A DNA stretch of 64,000 nt from Chitinophagia bacterium (GTDB lineage Bacteria; Bacteroidota; Bacteroidia; Chitinophagales; Chitinophagaceae), in assembly GCA_037129315.1 (NCBI GenBank), contig JBAXVC010000008.1, forward strand, positions 32,552 to 96,551, given 5' to 3'. The position numbers and the translations under genes are program-made. Below, one piece after another: positions 19,837 to 29,034 of the stretch. A model generated the notes under the pieces. It worked only from the letters and a program-made list of their open reading frames with translations, was not told where the DNA came from and ran no database searches. Every line of letters starts with the position of its first letter. Within the stretch, counting starts at the first letter, position 1.

Positions 19837-20772
19837 TTATTTCAAGAAGTAAAAAAATAACATTGATAACACGCCTGCCAACATTGCCAATTTAACAGCA
19901 TTGCTGAGAGCATTAAAATCCTGATGCGTAAATGCTTTAGGTAATTGATATAAAACCCAGATCAATGGTGAAATGATGAAAACAACACAAAACGCAATAC
20001 TCAACCACCAACCAAAAGGGATAACATAAATTTGGATGACCGCAAGTACGGCAATGACAACTACTAACCAAACCGCCAAATACACTTTAGCAGGCTTTAA
20101 ACCCCAAGCTATTGGGATGGTTCTACATCCAAATTTTTGATCTCCTTCCATATCCTCAATATCTTTCAACGCTTCTCTAATGATGGTTAACACAAATGCA
20201 AAAGCCGAATACAATATCATGAGTTTAAAAAACCTAAATGTGATAGCCGTTTTAACATTGGGCTGAATCAATTCAGCAAATGAAAATTTTGAAAAATAAA
20301 CAACCGCAATTACCCATGCTGTCAATACTGCGATCAAAATATTTCCTACTAATAACTTTTTTTTAAGAGTCGTGGAGTAAAACCATAAAAATAAAATGGC
20401 CAACAAATTAGCTAAATGAATATGCCAATAAGGATGAAATGGCAATGCAATAAGAGTTAAGTAAATACCTAATAAGCTAAAAAAGAAATGCCAAAAAATG
20501 ACCCATCTCCTACTAATAATATTACTCACCACCACTTTATTAGGTTTATTCACTTGATCAATATTCACATCAAAATAATCGTTAATAGCATAACCCGCTG
20601 CTGCAATAAAAAGTGATGCTAATAAAATAAGGTAAAATGAAGATGGTGTTTCGTTGGTATGGATTTGATATATGGGATTGTAAATGCAAAACTGAAATAA
20701 ACATTGCGCTAATATTATAAAAAATAAATTAGTCCATCGTATTAATCGACAAAAGGAAATGAATAATTTCAA
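19837..20772 (-). CDS. UbiA-family prenyltransferase, digeranylgeranylglyceryl-phosphate synthase-like
   Basis: AAGYAINDYFDVNIDQVNKP and REALKDIEDMEGD aspartate motifs; about 8-9 TM segments; TTG start. Confidence 0.85.
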   Translation of the reverse strand: MKLFISFCRLIRWTNLFFIILAQCLFQFCIYNPIYQIHTNETPSSFYLILLASLFIAAAGYAINDYFDVNIDQVNKPNKVVVSNIISRRWVIFWHFFFSLLGIYLTLIALPFHPYWHIHLANLLAILFLWFYSTTLKKKLLVGNILIAVLTAWVIAVVYFSKFSFAELIQPNVKTAITFRFFKLMILYSAFAFVLTIIREALKDIEDMEGDQKFGCRTIPIAWGLKPAKVYLAVWLVVVIAVLAVIQIYVIPFGWWLSIAFCVVFIISPLIWVLYQLPKAFTHQDFNALSNAVKLAMLAGVLSMLFFYFLK

Positions 20773-20787
20773 TTGAGTATGGTTTAA

Positions 20788-21303
20788 TTATTTTGCCTTA
20801 ATGTGATCCTCTACATCCCAATGGTTATTTAACTTAAGCACTTTTTCAATTACTTCGCGGGCACAACCCTCGCCTCCTTTTGCCAAAGCCTTATATTGAG
20901 AAATTACTTTAATATCGGTAGCAGCATCATTGGGGCAAGCTGCAACACCTGCTATTTGCATGGCCTCATAATCGGGCATGTCATCTCCCATAAATAAAAT
21001 TTCACTTAGCGCTACTCCATATTCCAATGCTAAATTATTAAGTTGCTCTTTTTTATCTGCCACTTTCATGTGAACTTCAGTGATCCCTAAATGGTTTAAT
21101 CGATGCCTTACTTCCTCTGAATGGCCACCCGAAATAACCCATACTTTATAGCCTTTCTTAATAGCAAGTTGCAAGGCATATCCATCTCTAATATTCATGG
21201 TTCTCACCAATAATCCATTGGGCATCACTATCAATGTGCCGTTGGTTAAAACACCATCAACATCAAATACAAAACAAGTAATTTTCTTTAAAGTAGATAA
21301 CAA
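20788..21303 (-). CDS. kdsC: 3-deoxy-D-manno-octulosonate 8-phosphate phosphatase (HAD)
   Basis: FDVDGVLT, RDGYAL, ISGG, GDDMPD, GGEGCAREVIE; TACATTTG promoter box at 21323-21330. Confidence 0.9.
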   Translation of the reverse strand: MLSTLKKITCFVFDVDGVLTNGTLIVMPNGLLVRTMNIRDGYALQLAIKKGYKVWVISGGHSEEVRHRLNHLGITEVHMKVADKKEQLNNLALEYGVALSEILFMGDDMPDYEAMQIAGVAACPNDAATDIKVISQYKALAKGGEGCAREVIEKVLKLNNHWDVEDHIKAK

Positions 21304-21333
21304 GACAAATACATTTTAGTTACAAATGTAAAC

Positions 21334-21573
21334 CTATTTTTGGTTATCCCTCCACTCATATACCCAAGCACTTTGGATCATTTCCAAATGCCCCTCAGTA
21401 GATTGCTCCCTAGTCCCCTCAAAATGAGGCAGGCTTAAAACCCAATCCAACAAATCAGTGAATCGAACCCTGTAAATTTTAGACTCGGTATAGTCGGCAC
21501 CAAATTTTTCATATAGTTTTTGAGCGATATCCTCATGATCGTTCCAATGTATTGGGGGTTCAAATTGACTCAT
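21334..21573 (-). CDS. iscX: Fe-S cluster assembly protein IscX
   Basis: WNDHEDIAQKLYE, RVRFTDLLDWVLSLP, LEMIQSAW; acidic 79-aa protein. Confidence 0.85.
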   Translation of the reverse strand: MSQFEPPIHWNDHEDIAQKLYEKFGADYTESKIYRVRFTDLLDWVLSLPHFEGTREQSTEGHLEMIQSAWVYEWRDNQK

Positions 21574-21625
21574 CTTTTATTAATTTAACTTTGATCCTAT
21601 TTAAAATAGGTAAAATACATTTCGT

Positions 21626-21961
21626 TTATTCTCCTAAAAATTGTGTTTGATCTGGCACTGTGATTTCTAATTGCCCAGTTCCATTTGCTAAAATACATTG
21701 GCATCCTAATCTTGATTCTATGCGTGGATTCACCGCCCTATCTATAAAGTCTTCCTCCTTATCTGAGAGTTCAGCAATGTGGGCTGCCCCAGATTTTATA
21801 TAGATGTGACAAGTACTACAAGCACAAACACCTCCGCAATTATGATGCAACTCAATACCTGCTTCTAATAACACTTCAAGCAAGCTCTCGTCCGATTTAA
21901 TATCCTGAAGGGTAACAGACTCTAATCCCTTTTGTTCAAAATTGATTTTTAATGAATACAT
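21626..21961 (-). CDS. fdx: ISC-type [2Fe-2S] ferredoxin
   Basis: HNCGGVCACSTCH and SRLGCQ; TATTTTTG promoter box at 21982-21989, overlapping the palindrome ATTTTTGCAAAAAT (21975-21988). Confidence 0.9.
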   Translation of the reverse strand: MYSLKINFEQKGLESVTLQDIKSDESLLEVLLEAGIELHHNCGGVCACSTCHIYIKSGAAHIAELSDKEEDFIDRAVNPRIESRLGCQCILANGTGQLEITVPDQTQFLGE

Positions 21962-22099
21962 AGTTCCAAAATAGATTTTTGCAAAAATAGCAGTAATCAG
22001 TCAATGCTTTAAATCAAACTCCCTATTTCATTTGCGAAATACAAAAAAAATAAGGCTACTGCGTGTCCCCATCCTATCTTTGCACAAATTTTTATCATA

Positions 22100-22969
22100 A
22101 TGGCTAAGTCAGGGTTTTCGGAAAGGATGTACTTACAATATTTAAGGACAAAATTCAAAACCTTAGCAATGGTTTCGCCACCTACAGCAGGGAAAATTGC
22201 TTTTGACCTATTCTGCACCCCTTATCCTAAATACAAAAAACGCAAAGCCCCCGCCATCTTTCATCAGGCCCGCGCAGTTTCTGTGACTTTATCAGACGGG
22301 ATTCAACTTAAAGGTTTTGAATTTACACCACCCAAATCCAACCAACAAACTATTCTAATATGCCATGGCTATGCAAGTTTTGGATTTAAGTTTGAACAAT
22401 ACATAGCACCCTTATTAAAAATGGGATACCGAGTCCTACTATTTGATGCTCCTGGGCATGGCTTAAGTGAAGGCAAATACATTAATATAGTCATCTATTC
22501 AAATGCGATCCAAGAATTGATCCATTCGATAGGTCCCATTGACCATTTTATTGGTCATTCCCTAGGTGCTATCACCCTTGCGATGTTGGCAGAAAATATG
22601 CCCAATCCGGAACATCATAAGTTTGTTTTGATAGCTCCAGCCACCAAAACTTCGACCACTTTTGAGAACTATTTTAATATGATGCACTTTAGTCCTGAGA
22701 TAAGGAAGGCTTTTATGGAAGTCGTATTAAGTAGAACAAAGCATCCTATCAGCCATTTTGAAGCAGATAGGGCCATTTCAAATTACAAGGGACCCATTTT
22801 GTGGGTACATGATGAGGAAGACAGGGTTTGCCCCTATAAAGATTTAATAAATTTTAAACATATAGCCCCCAATAATATTAAGTTTCTGATAACCAAAGGA
22901 TTAGGTCATAATAAAGTGTATAAAACACAGGAGGTTATTGATAAAATCATGGCATTTTTGGCTCCTTAA
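22100..22969 (+). CDS. Alpha/beta hydrolase
   Basis: CHGY, FDAPGHG, nucleophile GHSLG, HDEED, GLGH; TATCTTTG promoter box at 22075-22082. Confidence 0.88.
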   Translation: MAKSGFSERMYLQYLRTKFKTLAMVSPPTAGKIAFDLFCTPYPKYKKRKAPAIFHQARAVSVTLSDGIQLKGFEFTPPKSNQQTILICHGYASFGFKFEQYIAPLLKMGYRVLLFDAPGHGLSEGKYINIVIYSNAIQELIHSIGPIDHFIGHSLGAITLAMLAENMPNPEHHKFVLIAPATKTSTTFENYFNMMHFSPEIRKAFMEVVLSRTKHPISHFEADRAISNYKGPILWVHDEEDRVCPYKDLINFKHIAPNNIKFLITKGLGHNKVYKTQEVIDKIMAFLAP

Positions 22970-23103
22970 GAATAGGTAATTTTTATTTTTTAGGCGAAAG
23001 CTCTAATATTGCATCGCGAGAAACAAAAATGAGATAGGTATCAAATGCCCTTTTCATGGTTCCTAAATAGTTGATTTTCAATTTATAAATACCCAAAGGT
23101 AAT

Positions 23104-25455
23104 ATGGCAAAGAACTTATTAATCGTGGAGTCCCCTGCTAAGGCAAAGACCATTGAGAAAATTTTGGGAGAAGAATTTGAAGTAAGAAGTTGTTATGGAC
23201 ATATCCGTGATTTAGAAAAAAGTGAGATGGGGATTGACCTTAAAAACAAATTTGCACCTAGATATGCCGTTCCAGCAGATAAAGAGAAAGTAGTAAAGGA
23301 ATTAAAATCCATGGCCAAGAAAGCCAAGGAAGTTTGGCTCGCATCGGATGAGGACCGTGAAGGAGAAAGTATCAGTTGGCATTTATCGGAAGTACTTGGT
23401 TTAGATCCTAAAAAAACAAAGCGTATTGTATTTCATGAAATTACGGCACCCGCTATAAAAAAGGCAGTTGATAATCCAAGGTTCATTAATATGGATTTAG
23501 TAGACGCACAACAAGCTCGTAGAATTTTAGATCGTATTGTAGGATTTGAATTAAGCCCTGTGCTTTGGCGTAAGATTGGAATGCAAAGAAGTTTAAGTGC
23601 AGGTCGTGTTCAAAGTGTTGCTGTAAGATTAATCGCAGAACGCGAAAGAGAAATTAATCAATTCACTCCTGAAAGTGTTTTTAAAATATCAGCCCTATTT
23701 TCAGCGAATGATATCAATAAGAAAAAAGTAAAATTCAAAGCAGAAGGTCCACAAAAATTAGCGACTGGAAATGCTGCCGAAAAATTCTTAATTGAATGTA
23801 AAGGTGCAAAATATACTGTTAAAGATATTAATGTAAAAGACGGGAAACGTACGCCATCAGCGCCTTTCACTACATCTACATTACAACAAGAAGCTTCAAG
23901 AAAATTAGGGTATAGCGTAAGTAAAACAATGTTGCTTGCACAAAAACTATATGAAAGTGGTAAAATCACTTACATGAGAACAGATAGTATTAGTTTAAGT
24001 GAAACTGCAGTAGATGCCATTAAAGCTGAAATTAATTCAAGCTTTGGTGCAAAATATTATCAGCCTCGTAAATTTAAAAATAAAAACGAGAACGCACAGG
24101 AGGCACATGAAGCCATCAGACCTACTTACATGAATGAAAGTAAAGTGGATGATGCTGATTTAAATAGATTGTATGAATTAATTTGGAAACGCACGATTGC
24201 TTCACAAATGAGTGATGCTCAATTTGAAAAAACGGTTGCTAAAATTGAAGTGTCTACAAATAAGGAAACCTTATCTGCTTCTGGAGAAGTCATGAAGTTT
24301 GATGGTTTCTTGAAAGTATATTTAGAAAGCAACGACGAAGAGGAAGAAGAAAACGATGAATCAGAAGAAAGCTTATTGCCTCCATTGTCAGTTGGACAAG
24401 TATTAGATTTTATTGAAATGACCGGATTGGAGCGATTCAGCCGTCCTTCTGCAAGATATACCGAAGCATCTTTAGTAAAAAAATTAGAGGAATTGGGCAT
24501 TGGCCGTCCTTCTACTTACGCGCCTACTATTTCAACCATCATGAAGCGTAATTATGTTGAAAAAAGAGAAAAAGAAGGTATTAAACGCAACTACCAAATC
24601 CTTTCCTTGAATAACAAGGATGAAATTAAAACAGAAGTATCCTCGGAAATTACCGGAGCAGAAAAAAATAAACTATCCCCTACCGATTTAGGTTTAGTAG
24701 TCACTGACTTTTTAAAATTACATTTTTCAAAAGTGATGGATTTTAACTTTACCGCTAAAATTGAAGGTGAATTTGATGAAATTGCAGCAGGAAAACTATT
24801 ATGGAGTGATATGCTTACTGCTTTTTATGAGCCATTCCACACCACTATCGAACATACTTTAGAAACAGCAGAAAGAGCAAAAGGCGAAAGAGAACTTGGT
24901 TTTGACCCAGTGAGTGGAAAAAAATTAATTACTAGAATGGGGAGATATGGTCCCATGGTTCAAATTGGACATCAGGATGAGGAAGAAAAACCAAGATTTG
25001 CTAAATTAAAAGCCTCACAAAGTATCGAAACCATCAGCTTTGATGAAGCTATGGAGTTATTCAAATTACCACGCATGTTGGGACAATTTGAAGACGAGGA
25101 TGTGTCTGTTAATATTGGCCGCTTTGGCCCTTATGCAGCCCATGCAAAAAAGTTTTACTCCTTAAACAAGGAAATGGACCCCTATACCGTTACCCTAGAG
25201 GAATTAACTCCGATGATTGCAGAAAAGCGTAAAGCAAAAGACGAGAGAACCATAAAAGTATTTGAAAAAGAAAAAATCCAATTATTGCGTGGTCCTTATG
25301 GCCCTTATATCAAACAAGGTTTGCGTAATTTTAAATTAAATAAGGAACAGCAGGAAAAGGTAGAAACCTTAACCATTGAGGAAGTCAATGCCATTATTGC
25401 TGAATTAAAAGCCAACCCTCCTCGTAAGATGGCTAGAAAAAAGAAAGCTTCTTAA
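23104..25455 (+). CDS. topA: DNA topoisomerase I
   Basis: LIVESPAKAKTI, GHIRDL, DEDREGE, SAGRVQS, ITYMRTDS (catalytic Tyr), AHEAIRPT, GIGRPSTY; C-terminal GR(F/Y)GP repeats. Confidence 0.98.
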   Translation: MAKNLLIVESPAKAKTIEKILGEEFEVRSCYGHIRDLEKSEMGIDLKNKFAPRYAVPADKEKVVKELKSMAKKAKEVWLASDEDREGESISWHLSEVLGLDPKKTKRIVFHEITAPAIKKAVDNPRFINMDLVDAQQARRILDRIVGFELSPVLWRKIGMQRSLSAGRVQSVAVRLIAEREREINQFTPESVFKISALFSANDINKKKVKFKAEGPQKLATGNAAEKFLIECKGAKYTVKDINVKDGKRTPSAPFTTSTLQQEASRKLGYSVSKTMLLAQKLYESGKITYMRTDSISLSETAVDAIKAEINSSFGAKYYQPRKFKNKNENAQEAHEAIRPTYMNESKVDDADLNRLYELIWKRTIASQMSDAQFEKTVAKIEVSTNKETLSASGEVMKFDGFLKVYLESNDEEEEENDESEESLLPPLSVGQVLDFIEMTGLERFSRPSARYTEASLVKKLEELGIGRPSTYAPTISTIMKRNYVEKREKEGIKRNYQILSLNNKDEIKTEVSSEITGAEKNKLSPTDLGLVVTDFLKLHFSKVMDFNFTAKIEGEFDEIAAGKLLWSDMLTAFYEPFHTTIEHTLETAERAKGERELGFDPVSGKKLITRMGRYGPMVQIGHQDEEEKPRFAKLKASQSIETISFDEAMELFKLPRMLGQFEDEDVSVNIGRFGPYAAHAKKFYSLNKEMDPYTVTLEELTPMIAEKRKAKDERTIKVFEKEKIQLLRGPYGPYIKQGLRNFKLNKEQQEKVETLTIEEVNAIIAELKANPPRKMARKKKAS

Positions 25456-25474
25456 ACATACAACTGATTACATA

Positions 25475-25511
25475 AAAAAAGGTCCTCTTATAATTTAAGA
25501 GGACCTTTTTT
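25475..25511. terminator. Bidirectional intrinsic terminator
   Basis: AAAAAAGGTCCTCTTA-taatt-TAAGAGGACCTTTTTT, a 16-bp perfect stem. Confidence 0.9.
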
Positions 25512-25525
25512 ATATGAGAATATAT

Positions 25526-26617
25526 TTAGGCTAATGCGGGCTTACTCATTAATTTAAGATACAATACATGCGACTTTATCGCACTTAATACAGTTGGGTA
25601 TTCATTGTACTTTAATTTAAAATCAGCACATGTCTTTTTAACTATTTTAGAAATTGCGGGGTAATGAACATGTGATATTTTAGGGAACAAATGGTGTTCG
25701 ATTTGGAAATTTAATCCCCCCACTAACCAACTCACGATTCTACTTTTGGTTGCAAAATTAGCTGTGGTTTGTATTTGATGCGCCGCAAATTCATCGGGCA
25801 TAACATTTTGTGGTTGAAGGGCTACTGGAAAATCAGTTTCTGTAACTGTATGTGCTAATTGGAATACGATACTTAATATAAAGCCAGCAAAGCATCCTGT
25901 TACAAAAAATCCAACCAACCAGCTTACCCAACCTACCATGTAAATAGGTATAATAATAAAGAATGCGGCATGATATAATTTAACAACCCAAAATTCAATA
26001 TGATCGCCAATAGACATAGGCTTTAAAGCAACTGATCCAATTTTTCCTGAAAAATACTTTTTGTAATCAGTAAAGAAGATCCAGAAAATATATAATAACA
26101 AATACAAAACCCAAAAATAAATATGTTGAAAACGGTGTAGTAAATAATGTTTTTGTGTCGGTGCCATACGCATCAATACCCCAATTTCAATATCATCATC
26201 TACCCCATCAATATTGGTATAAGTGTGATGTAAAGTGACATGCTTCATTGCCCACATAAACCTGCTCGCACCTAAAACGCTTATAGAAGAAGATGCAACT
26301 TTATTTAACCAATTATATTTACTAAAACTACCGTGACTGCCATCATGCATTACATTAAACCCGATGGCTGCAATAAGGCCACCAAAAAATAAGCATTCCA
26401 AAATAGCATAAAAAGTAGGAGGCGTAAAAAATACCAAATGAATATAAGTAACAACAAATAAAGTAATTAAAATAATGGCTTTTGAAAATAGTTTATAATT
26501 TCCAGTGCTTTTTACAGCATGATCATCCAAATATTGATTTACTCTTCGTTTTAATTCAGCATGTAATGATTTTTGCATTACTGGGAATTTAGGCGTCGCT
26601 GTCGTTTCGTTTAGCAT
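25526..26617 (-). CDS. Membrane acyl-lipid/acyl-CoA desaturase
   Basis: His boxes HDGSH, HVTLHH, QIEHH; GGLNFQ. No cytochrome b5 fusion. Start set to ATG 26617 (uncertain). Confidence 0.88.
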   Translation of the reverse strand: MLNETTATPKFPVMQKSLHAELKRRVNQYLDDHAVKSTGNYKLFSKAIILITLFVVTYIHLVFFTPPTFYAILECLFFGGLIAAIGFNVMHDGSHGSFSKYNWLNKVASSSISVLGASRFMWAMKHVTLHHTYTNIDGVDDDIEIGVLMRMAPTQKHYLLHRFQHIYFWVLYLLLYIFWIFFTDYKKYFSGKIGSVALKPMSIGDHIEFWVVKLYHAAFFIIIPIYMVGWVSWLVGFFVTGCFAGFILSIVFQLAHTVTETDFPVALQPQNVMPDEFAAHQIQTTANFATKSRIVSWLVGGLNFQIEHHLFPKISHVHYPAISKIVKKTCADFKLKYNEYPTVLSAIKSHVLYLKLMSKPALA

Positions 26618-26810
26618 GTTAAAAGTGTATATGCAAAGAAAAGGCAATTAGCAATAGAACCATGCTTTATATGCGACTATTTGCTCGAACGATTAATAAT
26701 TCTATTTATTATGTAAACTATTGTTAAATATATCCACACCTTTGGGATAACTAAAACATAAAAATTGAACAAATTTGCGTTGATTTGAATATTAATTAAA
26801 CAAAATTATT

Positions 26811-27689
26811 TTGTCAGATATGCCAAATGCCGCCGAAATTACTGCCTTATTCCAACTCATTGATGATCCAGATGAGGAAGTATTTAATACCATATCAGAT
26901 CGGCTGTTAAACTATGGCACCCCTATTATTCCAGATTTAGAACACTTATGGGAAAATACTTTGGACGAAATTACATTGGAGCGCATCGAAAGAATGATTT
27001 ATAAATTAAGGTTGAATGATTTAAAGGAAGCATTTATACTGTGGAAATCAAAACCAGAGCCCTCTTTATTAGAAGGCGCCTTATTGGTCACCCAATTTCA
27101 GTATCCAGAATTAGCTATAGATTCCCTTAGACATCAGTTAGAAAAAATCAGACGCAATATTTGGCTTGAGTTGAATAACTATTTGACCCCATTAGAACAA
27201 GCCAATGTGATTCGTAATATTTTGTTTAATTACTACCAAATAAAAGGAGTTGAAATTAACTACGAAAAGCCTGATGAATTTTTAATGACAGGACCTTTGC
27301 AATCCAAAAAAGGAAACGCATTCGCAAACACTATTTTATACGCTGAGCTTTGTTCGCAATTAGAAATCGAAGCCCACTTTATTAATATTCCAAAGCAATG
27401 CATTGTTGCTTTTTATGCTTCCGATTGGGATGCCACCGAAGTGTACCCAAACCCTCAAGAATACATTCAATTTTATGTTGAAGGCACCACAGGACATGCA
27501 TTTTCACAAAAGGATTTAGATCAGTATTTTTTAAGGTCTAATTTGGAGCCTAAAAACATGCACTACAAACGCCTCTCTAATACAAGAATCATCAAAAAAT
27601 TATTGCTTGAATTTTCTAAATGTTTTCAAAGTCCAACTTTACAATACAAGCAAACGGATTTAACAGATTTAGCTAATTTATTGGATTAA
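26811..27689 (+). CDS. SirB1/transglutaminase-like family protein
   Basis: LIDDPDEEV N-terminus, LNNYLTPLEQANV, KKGNA, RLSNTRII. Start is TTG 26811 or ATG 26820. Confidence 0.72.
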   Translation: MSDMPNAAEITALFQLIDDPDEEVFNTISDRLLNYGTPIIPDLEHLWENTLDEITLERIERMIYKLRLNDLKEAFILWKSKPEPSLLEGALLVTQFQYPELAIDSLRHQLEKIRRNIWLELNNYLTPLEQANVIRNILFNYYQIKGVEINYEKPDEFLMTGPLQSKKGNAFANTILYAELCSQLEIEAHFINIPKQCIVAFYASDWDATEVYPNPQEYIQFYVEGTTGHAFSQKDLDQYFLRSNLEPKNMHYKRLSNTRIIKKLLLEFSKCFQSPTLQYKQTDLTDLANLLD

Positions 27690-27708
27690 ATTTTTACCTA
27701 GTAATAAA

Positions 27709-28044
27709 ATGGCTATGATACAATGGGATGATTTCTCCAAAGTTGATATCAGATGTGGTACTATTTTAACTGCACAAGTATTTCCGAATGCTAAAAAGCC
27801 TGCCTATCAATTGAGTATTGATTTTGGCCCCATCGGTATCAAAAAATCATCTGCTCAAATTACAACTCATTATACGACCGATCAATTAGTGGGAATGCAG
27901 ATTATTGCGGTCGTTAATTTTCCACCAAAACAAATCGCTAACTTTATGAGCGAATGCTTAGTGCTAGGCGTATACGATATGCAGCATGAAGTAATTTTAC
28001 TCACCCCTACACATGCCGTTGACAACGGCCAACCCATTGGTTAA
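27709..28044 (+). CDS. csaA: CsaA-type tRNA-binding/export chaperone
   Basis: DFSKVDIRCGTI, KPAYQLSIDFG, VVNFPPKQIANFMSECLVLG. Confidence 0.88.
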   Translation: MAMIQWDDFSKVDIRCGTILTAQVFPNAKKPAYQLSIDFGPIGIKKSSAQITTHYTTDQLVGMQIIAVVNFPPKQIANFMSECLVLGVYDMQHEVILLTPTHAVDNGQPIG

Positions 28045-28544
28045 TGCAAGATTCTTTTATTCATATTTACCATAGCCCCATTGGAGCCATCAAATTGGTA
28101 TCATCCGAATTTTGTATACAATCATTAACCTTTACGGACGATGTCACTGATTTGTTAATCAATTCCGATCAATCTATGCCTGCCGTGATACATCAATGTA
28201 TGGAGGAACTTATTGAATACTTTGCAGGAACACGTCGAAGTTTTAATGTTGCCATTGACCAAGAAGGCACCGAATTTCAACAAAAAGTTTGGAAAGAATT
28301 ATATGAAGTTCCTTTTGGAAAAACATTAAGCTATGGTGAATTAGCAAATAAAATGGGCGACCCTAAAGTCGTAAGAGCAGCTGCCTCCGCCAATGGAAAA
28401 AATAAAATTGCCATCATTGTTCCTTGCCATAGAATTATTGGAGCTGATAGGTCATTGACAGGATACGCCTGGGGTAAAGCTCGAAAAAAATGGCTATTGC
28501 AACACGAATTTAGATTGGCCTTAGGCGTACAGACCTTATTTTAA
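28044..28544 (+). CDS. ogt: Methylated-DNA--protein-cysteine methyltransferase
   Basis: GTEFQQKVW, SYGELA, RAAASA, active site VPCHRII; TAATG stop/start overlap with csaA. Confidence 0.93.
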   Translation: MQDSFIHIYHSPIGAIKLVSSEFCIQSLTFTDDVTDLLINSDQSMPAVIHQCMEELIEYFAGTRRSFNVAIDQEGTEFQQKVWKELYEVPFGKTLSYGELANKMGDPKVVRAAASANGKNKIAIIVPCHRIIGADRSLTGYAWGKARKKWLLQHEFRLALGVQTLF

Positions 28545-29027
28545 TTACTTTAAAATACTTCCATCAAAACCAAAAGGGAGTAAATCCTTAGCGGTATCTA
28601 GTACCATAATAGGACCCGATTTGCCAGCTAATATTATTTTAATGGGCGCTTGATATCTGTTTTCAAAATCAAGAAGGGATTGTCTACACATACCACATGG
28701 TGATATAGGTTCATCACAGGCAGCTTTATCTGTTAGATAGGTAATTGCCATAGATAAGATGGTTTCATTGGGATATTGCCCCCCTATGCTATTTAACAAG
28801 GCTCTTTCGGCACAAATACCTACTGGATAACTAGCACTCTCTTGATTGGATCCTATAACAATGGTCCCATTAGATAATAAAGCGGCCGCACCCACTTTAA
28901 ATTTAGAATAAGGAGCAAAGGCAGTTTGAGTCGCTTTTTTTGCAGCTTCTAACAAAGCGGTATCAGTGGCTGAAAGTAAATGAACCCCTTCCAAATACTC
29001 AAATTCAAATTCAAACTTTTTTTTCAT
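28545..29027 (-). CDS. cdd: Cytidine deaminase
   Basis: APYSKFKVGAA, NQESASYP, CAER, PCGMCRQ. Confidence 0.92.
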   Translation of the reverse strand: MKKKFEFEFEYLEGVHLLSATDTALLEAAKKATQTAFAPYSKFKVGAAALLSNGTIVIGSNQESASYPVGICAERALLNSIGGQYPNETILSMAITYLTDKAACDEPISPCGMCRQSLLDFENRYQAPIKIILAGKSGPIMVLDTAKDLLPFGFDGSILK

Positions 29028-29034
29028 GCATACT

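Noticed and set aside
26701-26760. DnaA-box-like words (ATATCCACA, TTATCCCAA), also TTTTCCACA at 5533-5541; possible oriC
   Set aside because: Only one or two imperfect boxes per site, with no cluster, unwinding element or origin-typical flanking genes.
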